Shown: piece after piece, positions 24,163-37,744 of the stretch
Position numbering within the stretch: the stretch's first letter is position 1
How the letters are laid out: each line of letters opens with the position of its first letter
From: Antedon mediterranea
Lineage: Eukaryota; Animalia; Echinodermata
DNA length: 64,000 bases
Direction of reading: 5' to 3'
Assembly: GCF_964355755.1 (NCBI RefSeq)
Contig: NC_092680.1
Span: 8,680,001 to 8,744,000, forward strand
Notes under the pieces: model-generated
Database searches by the model: none
Told to the model about the DNA's origin: nothing
Seen by the model: only the letters and a program-made list of their open reading frames with translations
Position numbers and translations under genes: made by a program

Positions 24163-25611
24163 CCGATACGTACTCAAATGTATCAATATCACCTATTTAC
24201 ATTGGCATATTTAATTTCCGATCGCACCATCATTAATATCACTCTGAAAACATTTTGTAAAATCATGATGAGCGCACAAGAAGCAGAGACAAAACATTCT
24301 TTTGCATATGCATGAGACTCTGTGACGACACGCTTTAACGTGACGTCATTTTACTTTAGCTGCATGCGAAGAAGTAGTCACCGAATATATCACTTGCATG
24401 AGAAATTTGTAACAGAGAGCTCCAGTGAGTGATGCCCGCCCTCATAAGGGCGGATGTATACATACTAAATAAGACTTGATTTAATAGATATTATACATGT
24501 CACATTAAATAGAATTATGATAATAGTTTTTGCAATTGTAAACTATTTTATAATACATATTTATTAACAAACTAGTGTACATTCACTTTTACATACAATT
24601 ATTTACTAACATGCTAAGTTAGTTCACAAAAAAGGCCTACCGTAACACAGCAACACCAAAAATCAACGAATCGTTACTCAGCACAGCCTATTCTTTACCA
24701 TTGCCGTGTGCTACTCTACGCCCGGTAAATTAAGTATTGTTTTTATGATATAAATTAGTATAAAATACATGTTATTAATAGGACAAAATGTTAAATGTCA
24801 TTAACATTTATTTGTTTTACCAGAAACAAGTTAAATATAGGAATATTATTAAACTATCCTTCGTGAAAACGCGTAAACACCAACACGCCCGGTCACGCTA
24901 TCGTAGCGCCCGGTTGATAAAGCAAACTGTTTATACGGCAGTTTTTACTAAATAAATTGCATAAAATGAACAATTAAATATCCAAATAGTATTTAACATG
25001 ATGTTGGCATGTAGTTGATAACATTTTTTATCATAAAAATACTACCGGTGGTCTAGCCTTTGATTATTGAAACCGTCACAAAAAGTTGTATACATCCCAG
25101 ATACATCCACACTTATGGCGGCGCCCTACCACATGGACAATATTACTGTTACTGGGAAAATCGCGGATTACTCATTCTTGTGATATATATTCTTTGATGA
25201 CATGTACAAAACTCCGACGAAAGTGCAAGCCAGTGAGGCACATGGATGTTAAAACGTTATTTTTAAATACTATACTGTATATTCAATTTAATACACATTA
25301 ACAATATTTAGGACTGTAATACTGTACTTTATTGATAATTTCTTTTACTCTAATAATTCTGCAAAACTTTTTTTAAAATCAATTTACTTATCACCGCGAA
25401 TAACATAATTAGTAACCAAAAAGTATATAAAATAATATATTTTACACTGTAAAGGTATAAAAATGTATATTACATTCACGTATATTAAGCATATCCCCTC
25501 CCCCTTGTAAAAATTTAAAGTCCATACATGTGACCATTAGAGGTTAAAATATCATAATTGCACCTATTTTAATCTATTTTTATTCTAGTTAATTACCAAT
25601 ACCTAATTCGA

Positions 25612-25882
25612 TTAGAGGCTGCAACTAATCTCTTATAATAATTATTATGTAGACCTACATCATCTATGTCAGTAGCAAATTATATTAGTACAAAATGTAA
25701 ACAAATTTCATTAATTGTTATACATCATACCATGATATTTCCTCCATGATCATACAAATATAGGCTGCAACTTCTTAATCTCTCATAATAGTTATGTAGA
25801 CCTATATCTTTCAGCTATAAATTATATTAGTAATAAATTTAAACAAATTGCAATAATTATTATACATCATTATCATCATACA
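25612..25882. repeat. Degenerate ~145-bp tandem duplication in the EPHX4-B 3' UTR
   Basis: GGCTGCAACT..AATCTCT.ATAATA..TATGTAGACCTA...TATACATCAT occurs twice. Confidence 0.7.
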
Positions 25883-25901
25883 TCAGCTCAATATCTCCTA
25901 T

Positions 25902-28900
25902 CTACCCTTTCAGAAATTCACTCATTATTCTATTCACTTCGTCTGGAAAGTCTTGTTGTACCCAATGACTGGCGCCCTCAACAATTTTCAAAGTGAAATT
26001 GTCTACATACTTGTCGTGTCCCTTGGTCATTTCTATTTCTAATGCGCCATCTTTGTCACCCCAGATAAGAATTGTTGGGCATTTAATTGGTTTAGATCGT
26101 AATGGCTTTGTTTGCAAGGCTGATCGATAATAGTTGATAGCACCAGTTATAGTACCTATAAAAAGGAAAATTTTAACAAAATTAGAATACAAAAATACAT
26201 CACTTTAAATGTAGAAATTCAATGTTTCATTGTTGTGAATGTGACTTTGTTGTGTCTAGTTACTCCTATATATAAATCAATAAATATCTAAATAATGTGA
26301 ATTTAAAACTAGATTTATTGTCCCTCCTTCGAGTAGAACAAGGCAATAAACATGACTGCAGTCGCATGCTCAAATTTGAGTTAATGTTTACCGACCGACC
26401 AACATAGTGAGCTGTAGAGTCGCGGCATTGCAAGCAACTAAAAAGTAGGATCTACAGCAGAAAAGTGATCTTTGAATAGGGGTTAGTCGTAATGTTTGAT
26501 TTTTACACAATTTATAAAATGAAATTGATGATAAATGTAGACCTTTTTGAGAGAATGAAAATTTCATAGCCTCCAAGTCCGTCAGTGTGAACATATCTGG
26601 AGTCCTGATTCCAAAAGACTTTCCCATGAAGGAACCCTTAAGGAAACTGTAGTCCTTTGCTCTCAGCATTAGCTCTGGCAAATAAGGAAGTTGAAACAAA
26701 AACATGTACCTGTAAAGAGAACACAAATTAAAATTTAATGTCCCAAAATAAAATACCATAATAACCCATAACTTATTCAATCAAAATATGTTTAAAAAAT
26801 CAAGAAAATAACAAACCATGATTTCCTAAATTGACTCCAATGAGATGACATGTGCTTTGAGAAACGATCAGGATGAGGAACATTGTTAATAATCAATTTA
26901 TCAACAAGTTCAGGATACTCCATCGCAACATACCATGCAATCGCACCTCCCCAGTCATGGGCAACTAACACACAAGAACTATACCCTAGTTCTGATATAA
27001 TGTCTCGTATATCATCTACAGTATAAAAAAAAAACAGAGAACAAAATGTTATTAGCCATGATCTGCTGGTGAAAACTGAAAGTATGAAACAAAGTAGTGG
27101 TTTTGTTAGTATTTAACATTATATTATGCAAATAAAACTTCACTGCCAAAGACTTTGAATTGTTTATGTAGAACGTCTCACATGTGCTTATCCTGTGGAC
27201 AGGGTTGTTACATTTAAGGAGGACAGTGATTAAATTTGCTTATTTGTTAGTCTTGCAATTTTCATAATATAGTAAAAAGAAAGAGGAAACAGTTATGCAT
27301 TAATTTTGTTTACTTACCAGTTAGAATTCTACTTGAGTAATTTTTCATGCCAACAGGGCAATCTGATTCACCATAACCACGCATGTCAACAGATACAACT
27401 CTATACAGTAAAAGAAATAGACAATTCATCAGTATTTGAGATGATATAATTTTGTTTATGATAATTTAACTGCATACGTAGGTAGTTTTGTGACAGAGAG
27501 GTATGTAAGTCAGATGCATGGTTGGTCCTATTCTGATGCAATTGTACTGAATTCTAAGTATATTGAGAACCGAAATAGTAATGCTCAGGTGAGAGTACAC
27601 AACCTCCGGATACTAAGTCAAGTAAGACAAGGAGATCCAGGAAGAGATAAATAAATGTAAATGGGTTGAGCATGGACAACAGGCCATAATACTGTATAAT
27701 GCTACACCAGAGGAAGTCTTTTGAGCCATCTTCTATTGATTCATTCATACAGTAAAGGCAATAAAAGCTATACCTATATTCACTCTTAAAAGCCTTCATC
27801 TGGTATCGCCATGAGTACCAGCATTCTGGGAACCCATGTAAGAACAACATCAAAGGTTTGTTTTCATCTCCAGCTGCAACATAATGGATACGAATGCCCT
27901 GAGGAAAAAGAGAATTATGAATATATTGAAAATTAATACTAGGCTATAGTAAATACATTTTTTTTAACTCCTTTTTACCACCACTACTTATTAAAATTCT
28001 GTTTTTTACAATTTTTAAAATTACTTCAGGATAAAACACAAAGGTAAGCTAAGTAATTGGATTGTTAATGATACAGTGATTTTAACATTTACAGTATAAA
28101 GAAATATTGTAGTATGTAGGCCTAAATACTACAGTACTACAGTCAGTAGTATATTCACTGTACTTATTGTTCTTAACTTGATAAAAAAGTTTTGTCAGAT
28201 ACAGAGGGCGCCTTTTGTCTTTAATATTTCATTCATCATCAAGATAGATAGGGCCTCCTACTAATTAGACCAAAGATTGTATAGCGCAAGATAGGTAACT
28301 GGGCGAGACGTTTGTAATCCATGGACGCCATTCCGGCGGACAAATTTGAACCGGAATAAAGTCGTTGTCAAGGCAATATCGTACGATGTTTCGGTCAAAG
28401 AACAAAGTTTTCTAACCAAGCATGTCAATGTAAACACACAGAATTAATCGGAAAGTGTCAAGTTCCCAAAGAAACTTTTATTTTACTTTGTTTACATAAT
28501 TTCTTCCCTTTTCCATGAATCAATCCTCAAGATGGTTAACCACAGATACTTCGAAATCACATTAATATACCTATCCGTCCGCGGTCAGTCTAATTACCGA
28601 AAACAACCGAAAACAACCATAAACAACTGAAAACAACCATAAACAACTGAAAACAACCATAAACAACCGAAAACAAACCGAAAACAAAATAACAATATCT
28701 AAATACCGAAAACAAATATGATGCAGCTACTACTAGATTGACCTCGCACGCCAAACAAATTTCTACAGTATATTTTTTAAATGTCGCCCTCTATTGATAG
28801 GTGTTTCTAAAGCCAACAAGACCGCGCGCGCAAAGCCAAGGAGACCATACGAAATGGAAGTGTGCACAAAATTTAACTCAATATCGTACAAACTCAATGA

Positions 28901-31900
28901 TAACACCGTGCATTTACTTACAGAATCTACAATATGTCTGTAGTCGTAAGACCCTTTGAAAAATAAAACATTATCATAAAGAAAAAAACATGAAATAAGG
29001 TTTTAAAGATACAAGTTGGAAAGTTAAAGTATTCCTACATATAATATAAAAGAAACTACATAATAGTAGCCTAACACTCACACGCACCACGCATAATATA
29101 TAAGCATTTTAATATATAAGCATTTTTAAGTACTGTAATTCGATATAATCACTTCTAAAATATTTTTTAGTATTTTATAACAATTTTAACACTTTGAAAC
29201 TCATAATCTACAATAATTACACTCTTGTTATTATAATATTGTTTGGTATATGTTTTTAACTTAATATCATTTATATTAAATCAGTATCTACTTGTATACA
29301 GTAATACAAAGATTTGAATGTGAAAAAAATAGTAGGCCTACCGTATTTATTCGAATAAATTGAATAAATGCAACCCAACCCCTCTAATTAGGGCGACAAT
29401 TACACAAACTAATTTTTACTCTATTTAACACGTCGTGATGTAATTGTATTGTAGGTTTCATATTGAAGAGGTTCCGATATATCTATTGCACCATTTTACA
29501 CTAACTCCCCACCCCATACCCCCCCCAACCCCCCACCCCGCATCCTCAAATAAACCATCCATAAAAAATAAAAAGTGCATTAAGCTTATTCAATCGGTTT
29601 CCCAAAATTTTGTTGAAGAACCCCATTATCCACGCCATCAATGTGCCAAAAGCTAGTAATTTGATTAAATGTTCTAAGTTGTGTTTTATGTCGCACATTT
29701 AATAATTCCACATCTCGTACGTTTTACTCTTACTTTAACAATGAAACGTTTAATATTAAAGGTACCTTAGTTTCTCGTGTTATTAATTCTGTTTGCACTT
29801 ATTAAGTCTATCTTTTTATATTAATTATTGTTAAAGTTAGTCGAATTTTAAAAATGTATTTACTCCAGTATTTGTCACAGTGTTAAATTTACTAGATAGC
29901 ATTTACAGATTATTATTGCAATTTTAAATATGTTTATATTGGTTTGTACATGGAGGTCCTCCATGGTTTGTATAAAACTATTTCCTAAAAACATACGTTC
30001 TCTGTCTAACAATTTTTAAAAGCAATGCAATCGTATCCGATTTAGATTGACAACTTAGCATTGTAAATATTCAGTTTTGCAATTAGCATTAAGTTATAAA
30101 ATTCGATAATTTGTATTTTTTCTCCATATAGAATATAAATCACTTTGCATTCAACAAACATGTGTATTAAGTTTGTTCTTTTTTAAAACAAAATTCACAA
30201 ATTGATATTTTATTGAGTTTCAACCTATACCTAAAAAAACAATAGATTTCAGTATGTTTTGTGTGGTTTTTTTTACAAATTAAATTTAGGTTGATAATAC
30301 ATTTGATATCTTGAATCAAGTTTGTATACTTCAAAAACATTATATTTAATGCCTTTCCTCGGGTCAAGAGACGAGATAAGCCCTTGACCAATGTTAGGAC
30401 CAATCAAGGTGTTTTAAACAGTCCTGGCTTTGTTTGTATCAAACCTGTTAGTGGCGGTAATTATCGCTGTTGGTTTTTATTTTAATAAAATAAAAAATAA
30501 AAAAATAAAAAACGAAATATGTTACAGATTTTCAGTTGTGTTCTCATGTATTATTTAAAACATGAAAAATGTTATTTATTTACTACACTATGTTATTTAA
30601 ATTTAGTTTGCTGTAGATAAACAAACATGGCTAGATGTTGATATCTACTGTAATATCTTGAATCGAGTTTGTACCTCAAAAACAAAATGAAATTTAGTAC
30701 TAAAAAGATGTTACAGACTTGAGTTGTGTTCTCATGTTCTCTCAATATGATTAGGCCTAAGGTTAATAAAGATTTACAAGTTAATGTAACATGTTTGTGT
30801 TTTCACTTCCTGTCATCATTTTTGTCAGACTATTATATATATATATATACAGTATATATATTTCAACGGAGAAAAACATTCATTACAGTAACTCATTAAT
30901 CAGGGGAAACAACATTACGTTTAATTTTTAAACAACTTAATCAAAATTAAGCTGTCGCTGCAAAAGGGCACTTAAAATGAATCCTCTCTAAAACGCACAT
31001 TTACGATTTGCACAAACTGTTTTACATATAAACACAATATACACAAATAAACGTCGTAGAAGTGGTGTATTATTGTCATGCGGTACGTACATTTGAAATC
31101 GCTGAAATTATACTATGTATTCGAGAACCATCCCTAGTTGTTAAAATTGTTATAAAATACTAAAAAATATTTTAGAAGTGATTTAATATCGAATTACAGT
31201 ACTTAAAAATGCTTATATATTAAAATGCTTATATATTAATTATTATGCGTGGTGCGTGTGAGTGTTAGGCTACTATTATGTAGTTTCTTTTATATTATAT
31301 GTAGGAATACTTTAACTTTCCAACTTGTATCTTTAAAACCTTATTTCATGTTTTTTTCTTTATGATAATGTTTTATTTTTCAAAGGGTCTTACGACTACA
31401 GACAATTCCTTGTCTCATTCATGTAACATATATATTAGATATCTAACATATTGTAGATTCTGTAAGTAAATGCACGGTGTTATCATTGAGTTTGTACGAT
31501 ATTGAGTTAAATTTTGTGCACACTTCCATTTCGTATGGTCTCTATCTCCTTGGCTTTGCGCGCGCGGTCTTGTTGGCTTTAGAAACACCTATCAATAGAG
31601 GGCGACATTTAAAAAATATACTGTAGAGATTTGTTTGGCGTGCGAGGTCAATATAGTAGCTGCATCAAATTTGTTTTCGGTATTTAGATATTGTTATTTT
31701 GTTTTCGGTTTGTTTTCGGTTGTTTATGGTTGTTTTCAGTTGTTTATGGTTGTTTTCGGTTGTTTTCGGTAATTAGACTGACAGAATACTTCTTATCATT
31801 TTATCAGAACTAAACTTACCCACCCACCCACAATGATCATCTCAGGCATTACAAATCTCTTAGTAGGCCTACTAGCTGTTATATGGCCACCGAATAACAA

Positions 31901-32346
31901 AGTTTAATAAATAATAGACTATTGAATTAATTTTCAGTGGATTATTTGTGGGGAGGGGGGCCGGGTATAGGCCTACTATAAAACAAAAATACACCTCTGA
32001 CGTATTTAGCTTTGCTTTTTGCTTCTCAGTTTGAAATGAACATGTCATAGGGGAAACCTTTGCTCCTCCAACTTCTACGAGACGACCTAATATTATAAGG
32101 TAGGCCAAAAGTGGTGGTTTAAATATCGTTCTTACTTACTGTTTGCAGGTTCAAAAAGCCGTGGATTCCAAGCGCTGGGTCGTTCATGCATTCTGGTCGA
32201 GACGTGCGTGTTTCACGATGAAAGAAAGTCTTCGGACCGCTTTTAATTATATCACACAATATAGCAAATGAAACAATTAACCCATAGTAAACAGCGAAAA
32301 TCCATTGAATTAACCACATTGTAAATAATTTTAATAACTTAGCCAT
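25902..32346 (-). CDS. EPHX4: Epoxide hydrolase 4-like paralog B (catalytic residues intact)
   Basis: Exons 32346-32140, 27898-27774, 27400-27318, 27015-26817, 26709-26543, 26155-25902. HGFPECWYSW, DMRGYGESD, AHDWGG, WYMFLFQ, NYYR, IWGDKD, GASHWVQQD. Intron phases are the same as in paralog A. Confidence 0.93.
28584..31782. mobile_element. Foldback-type element with ~620-bp inverted arms (28584-29191 / 31139-31782) in intron 1 of EPHX4-B
   Basis: GTCAGTCTAATTACCGAAAACAACC... vs ...GGTTGTTTTCGGTAATTAGACTGAC, with 10-bp sub-terminal repeats. No TSD recognised. Confidence 0.8.
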
Positions 32347-32424
32347 TTTGTATGTGTTCTTCTGTTCTTTGCACTAATGACACGACAAAAAAGGTGGTTC
32401 GGCTATCGCTCCAAGTTCCAGGGG

Positions 32425-32675
32425 CAAAGAACTTATAACACAAGAAGAATCTCCTGTTCGTCCGAAGCGCGTAACAATTTCGAAAGGCATTGTGGGATAG
32501 AATAGAGCTATGGGTGGCGCCATTGTGAGCCATGGAGTAGGGCGCCCGCATCAAATTAGAAAGTCAAAATCATAGAGGGGTTCTGCTAATGCTCTAGGGG
32601 GTATAGAGTAATTGACTGAGGAGTAGGGCGCCCGCAAATTGAAGAACAGGAGATTCTTGTGTTATAAGTTCTTTG
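32425..32675. mobile_element. Small TIR element 79 bp upstream of the EPHX4-B start codon
   Basis: CAAAGAACTTATAACACAAGAA..TCTCCTGTTC / GAACAGGAGATTCTTGTGTTATAAGTTCTTTG; no TSD seen. Confidence 0.6.
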
Positions 32676-32858
32676 ATAAAATATACCAAATTGACTACTG
32701 TATTGAGAATTCTCAACTATTACCACAGTACGACTGTACGATGAAGTCTACTGGTATAATCGGATATGCTGATGATTTCCTTGTTAACTTAAGGGGTTCA
32801 TTTAATTACTGAATTCTGATTGGTAGTAATGAAATACTGGAATCCTATTTGATGTAGG

Positions 32859-34270
32859 CATGGATAAAAAGAATTAGAAGGATATGCATCAACGGCGACA
32901 TCAAACGATTTTACAACGCGCTTGCCTATACTAAAGCACTGCTGCCAATCAAACATTGAACTCCGTGTCTCTAACCGCGGCCCTCTGTAGAACGCTGCGA
33001 ATCAACTGCTACATTTTTTTAGACCACGTTACCATGTAGAAATCGTATGCGCAGTCTGAATGTTCTATTGATATGTCTGCGTCGATGATTAATTGACAAC
33101 AAAAATGTATTGCTGAACAATTTTGTTTTAGTTTCATAACAATCGGACTACGAAAAGTTCACTTTCTTACGACTGGTAATTTTAAGTAGTTGGTAATATT
33201 AATAAAATATGCAATTTTTATATTTGAATTATCATTATTTGCCTGCCATCTTCTGTCATTAAAAATTGCGTTAATCTATAGAATATTAAATTATGCATTT
33301 GACCATGTATGTTGTTAGCGTGTCCGCCGGTGTCCACACATAGAACAATCGTGTTTTTAATATATGGCTAAGCAGTGGTTTCTTCATAAATCTCCTTAAT
33401 TATCGATGTAATTATATTTAAATTTTAGTTCCTGGTGATTGGCTAGTGGTTATGTCATCAACATCACATCCAATCACCCGGCCTAATTGAATGAAAACAG
33501 CGATCCCTGATCCGGGATTGGCTGGCTATGTATAGTTGCGATACGTTACCTAGCGGTCGTTTTGAAAAGTACACGCATGGCAAACTTAATCACGAACAAA
33601 CGAAGTATATATTATTATTCACACAAGAAGTAAGACAACGGTGAGTATATAGATCATGATTACACGTTGTATCTACTACACTTAATATTAGCCTAGGCCT
33701 ACCTAGGCAGTATCAATGTCGGCAAATCATATGGTTTACTAGTAAGCCTAGAAGCTAGAAGGCCTAGGCCTAGTATCCTTGCTGATTTTGTAATTTTACA
33801 TGTAGGCTGAGACAACAAATAGTTATTGTCTCAGATGTAGGGCTACTACAGGTCATAAAATGCTACTTTAATGTCATAAAAACATTAGCGTAGATCAATC
33901 GCGGCAGAAACCTATACTAATTACAATTATAATTATATAGCATCTACAATTCTAAGCCAATAACAATATAGTATTTTATCTGGTATATTGATGAAGTAAG
34001 CCTACACTAGGGTCTTCACAATAACGTACAATGTAGTTTAATAACTGTTTTCAATAAACATTATACTCAGCAGTGGCGTGAGGCAGAGGCCAAAAAGGTT
34101 AAATGTCGTTGCATATGTGCAGTAAACAATTATATTAGGCACGCGACCGTTTCGTTGTTACCATGCGGTTGATTAAACTGTAACATTGTGGGCGGTCCAC
34201 GCTCTGTCGGCGAGAGTCAAGGAACCCTTGATCTCACGTCGATGCATATCCTTCTATTCTTTAATCCATG
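32859..34270. mobile_element. Non-autonomous P-superfamily-like DNA transposon (1.41 kb)
   Basis: TIRs CATGGATAAAAAGAATTAGAAGGATATGCATCAACG / CGTCGATGCATATCCTTCTATTCTTTAATCCATG. Perfect 7-bp TSD ATGTAGG (32852-32858, 34271-34277). Confidence 0.78.
33430..33646 (+). promoter_or_regulatory. CCAAT-box cluster followed by a strong 5' splice donor (ACG|GTGAGT at 33641): candidate promoter and first exon inside the P-like element
   Basis: GATTGG (~33437), CCAATC (~33470), GATTGG (~33515), then a consensus donor. Confidence 0.35.
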
Positions 34271-34275
34271 ATGTA

Positions 34276-34868
34276 GGTGACTACTTCGCATCATGGATTA
34301 AAGAATATTCTATTCTTTAATCCATGTTCGCATGCAGCTAAAGTAAAATGACGTCACGTTAAAGAGGGTCGTCACACAGAGTTCATGCATATTAAATTAA
34401 TGAAGCAAACTTGCTGAGAGTGTTTTCCACCAACCACACACGCGACGCGAGATTTATCGAAACTCCTGAGCCATCGACTGACGATCATGTTTTTGATAAT
34501 TAAAATAATAATATATACAACAAAATATAATTGTTTTCACTGCTGAGGATAATAAATAATATATTTAATTTTAACATAACAGGAAAGCCTAGATACTTCC
34601 TTCCAGTGCGAATAAAAAATATTAATGTACAGGATCTAAGCCAAATGGATCAAATAAACAACTATATATTTAATCTGCTTCTTTTGTTATCAGGAACAAT
34701 ATCGGAATTATTTTATTTTCTGTACCACCGATCGCACCACCATTATCACTCTGAAAACATTTTGTAAAATCATGAGCGCGCAAGAAGCAGAGACAAAACA
34801 TCCTTTTGCATATGCGCTGCATGAGACTCTGTGACGTTACTTTAGCTGCGTGCGAAGAAGTAGTCACC
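34276..34868. mobile_element. Mutator-type MITE (sibling of 19363-24382)
   Basis: GGTGACTAC...GTAGTCACC. 9-bp TSD TTTGATGTA at 34869-34877 and at 32848-32856 (the left copy was displaced by the P-like insertion). Confidence 0.8.
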
Positions 34869-34888
34869 TTTGATGTAAGGTGGTAGTA

Positions 34889-35495
34889 GGACTGTCACGC
34901 CAAAATTGGTCCGGCCGGATCGATTTTGGTCGTAATCAAGCACCAAAACTGGTCCGATCGGATTGATTTTGGCGTTGAAACAGTCGCTAAAACAGGTCCG
35001 ACTAGGCCAAAACTGGTCCGGCCTTTAAACGATCGCTTATTTATTCTTTAAAATGTGTTAAGAAGCCTCCTGCAATCAGTTCAAATGGGTAAAGTAAACT
35101 ATGCTTAAAGTAAATATACTAAATATTACCGTACAAACGAAAAGAAATTATCGAAACACTAATTAAAGAAACTTTAATCGGCTTTTGGGATATTCTATTG
35201 TTCAGTTCGTTTAAAACTAATTAGTAATAGCGCCCCCTAGTAATTTTATATTATGTCTAAGCAAAGAATATAAATAGGCTCCTTTTATTATCTTTGGTCT
35301 AAGCTAAGAACCGAACGCCGATTTATTTTTACCTTTTTAATCTCTCCGTTTCGATAATTCCTTTTCGATTTACTCTAAGCATAGTTTACTTCAACCATTT
35401 GGACTCTTGTAAGGATAAATAAGCGATTTTGAAGGCCGGACAAGTTTTAGCCTAGCCGGACCTGTTTTAGCGGCTGTTTCAACGCGTTACAGGAC
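34889..35495. mobile_element. MITE-like inverted repeat with GGTCCG sub-terminal motifs
   Basis: CGTTGAAACAGTCGCTAAAACAGGTCCG.CTAGG vs CCTAGCCGGACCTGTTTTAGCGGCTGTTTCAACG. Confidence 0.65.
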
Positions 35496-35839
35496 CATGT
35501 CCATCCCATTGTAGTAATAAATAAAGTTGAGCCACCTGCGACCATTATAATGTCCTACCATATGCTAATGTAGGGAAATGTTATGCTTACTATTGTTTCT
35601 TTTAATAATTTAGTTCAATTAATAAGAATAAAGAATATACTTAACAATATACAACAAATAACATCAATGTACGATGTAGTTTAACACTGCTCTCAACTAT
35701 ATGGTATACTTGAGCACATTGATAAAGAATTGGATAAACTTAACAATATACAACAAATAACATTAATGTACGATTCCGTTTAACACTGTTCTCAACAATA
35801 GTCATTTTGGTATACTTGAGCACAGTAATAATATGAAAA

Positions 35840-37312
35840 ACATAATAACACTATAATATTTGTAGATGATTATGACGAGGACACGTACATATGTTGATGA
35901 GTATAATTGATACAAATTGACTTTTAAAAGTGAAATAACACTAACATTTGTAGATGAATATGACGAGGACACGTACATAATGTTGATGAGTATATTGATA
36001 CAAATTGACTTTTAAAAGTGAAATAACACTATAAATGATTGTAGATGAATATGACGTGAATTGCACGTACATTATGTTGATGAGTATATTGATATAAATC
36101 GACTTTTATAAAAGTGAAATAACACTAATATTATTAGATGAATATGACGTGGACAAGTACATTTATTGATGAGTATATTGATATAAATCGACTTTTAAAA
36201 ATGAAATAACACTAATATTTGTATATGAATATGACGTGGACACGTACGTCATGTTGATGAGTAATTGATATAAATCGACTTTTAAAAGTGAAATAACACT
36301 ATCTTGTCCAAGTACCTTCACTTGCACTGACGAAGGGCTAGTGTTGCCCGAAAGCTCTGCTAACTTTTCTGGCTGTTTTACTTTATCGTTTTGATTTAGC
36401 TTTTCGCTTCTTTTTTGTATCACCATTGAAATCCAGCCACTGATACCCACAGCATTGTTATTATTTCAGTATTAATTTTGCCTTTGGATTTACAAATATT
36501 AAAAAAGTGAAATAACACTAATGACTGTAGATAATATGACATGTATATATTTTTGTATATTAATATGCACACGTACATACGTTGATGGGTATTGATATAA
36601 ATATACTTTTAAAAGTACCGTAATAATAGACACTTTATTACCTCCAAGGAGGTTATATTTTCACCCCTGTATGGGTGTGTGTGTGTGTGTGTGTCTGTGA
36701 ACAGCCTGGAGACCACAGTTCTTATCCGATTCTCACCAAATTTGACAACAATGATCTATGCCTCAAAAGCTCGGACGAGTTCGAATTTGAGAGGAAAAGG
36801 TCATAGGTCAAGGTCACAACTAACAAAAAATTATTTTACTGCCTAGAGACCACAGTTTTTATCCGATTCTCACCAAACTTAGCCACAATGATCAATGACA
36901 CATCATATAATTGTGGTTAAATTTTGAAGGGTCAGGGTCAAAGATCAAGGTCCACAAAAAACTTTAAAAAAAGAAATAAACAAAATAATTTTAAAAAAAA
37001 ATCTCAGTGAGACTTGAACCAGCGATCTCAACTGTGAGAGGCTGGATACATAACCATTACACCACACTGTCACCCACATCTTTGTAGTGTGCAGTTAACA
37101 TATTTACACTTAGAACTAATAAAAAAAATGTTTAAAAAAATATTCAGGGGGAATTTTACAGTAGGCGGAGGTTTGTACTCTCGGAGTACCCTCTAGTTTG
37201 TAGATGAATATGACATGGACACGCAATAAATATTATCGTTATATCGTATACATGTTGATGAGTATTGATATAAATCGACTTTTTAAAGTGGAATAACACT
37301 AAAATGTATAGA
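35840..37312 (+). repeat. ~78-bp tandem repeat (GATGAATATGACG...GACTTTTAAAAGTGAAATAACACT), interrupted by insertions
   Basis: About 6 copies at 35840-36301, with further copies at ~36505-36620 and ~37198-37312. Confidence 0.85.
36636..37197 (+). mobile_element. Helentron/HINE-like element carrying an antisense tRNA-like segment
   Basis: 5' TATTACCTCC..GGAGGT, (GT)n, CACCAAA..AGGTCAAGGTCA repeats, 3' GGCGGAGGT..GTACTC..GAGTAC..CTAGT. On the minus strand, 37002-37072 has an A box TGGTGTAATGG and a B box GGTTCAAGTC. Confidence 0.72.
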
Positions 37313-37744
37313 TGGATATGGCCTCAACAAGTATTGTATTAATCGGTAGTGTATATTGATAGACTTCCAACCTGTAATGCCAATGAAAGCTGGAAACAAG
37401 AATTGTGATCCTAAATAGTATTCTTCTAATAATCTTGGTATGTAAAGGCATGCAAAATCCCAACGCAGCCAGGGGAGGGGTTGGAGTTTCGAACAAACTC
37501 CCCTGTCCCCGTCCTACGGTTTTTGTGAACTTTTTAGTAGCGTGCAAATGCGACTCTACAGCTCACTATGTCGGTCGGTCAGTCGGTTGGTCGGTCGGTC
37601 GGTAAACACTAACTCAAATTTGAGCACGCGACTGCAGCAATGTATATGGCCTTTTAATAGAAATCAGCAGTGAAAGTATATGTAAATAAGTATGCGTTAA
37701 TATAGAATTAGTTTTTTTTTTCATTTAATTAATAGTATTAAAGT

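Larger units (their letters stand above)
19363..24382. mobile_element. Mutator-type MITE expanded to 5 kb by nested insertions
   Basis: TIRs GGTGACTACTTC..GCATGCAGCTAAAGTAAAATGACGTCACG / reverse complement. Flanks GAATATTATC and GAATATATC give a ~9-bp TSD. A compact sibling is at 34276-34868. Confidence 0.8.
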
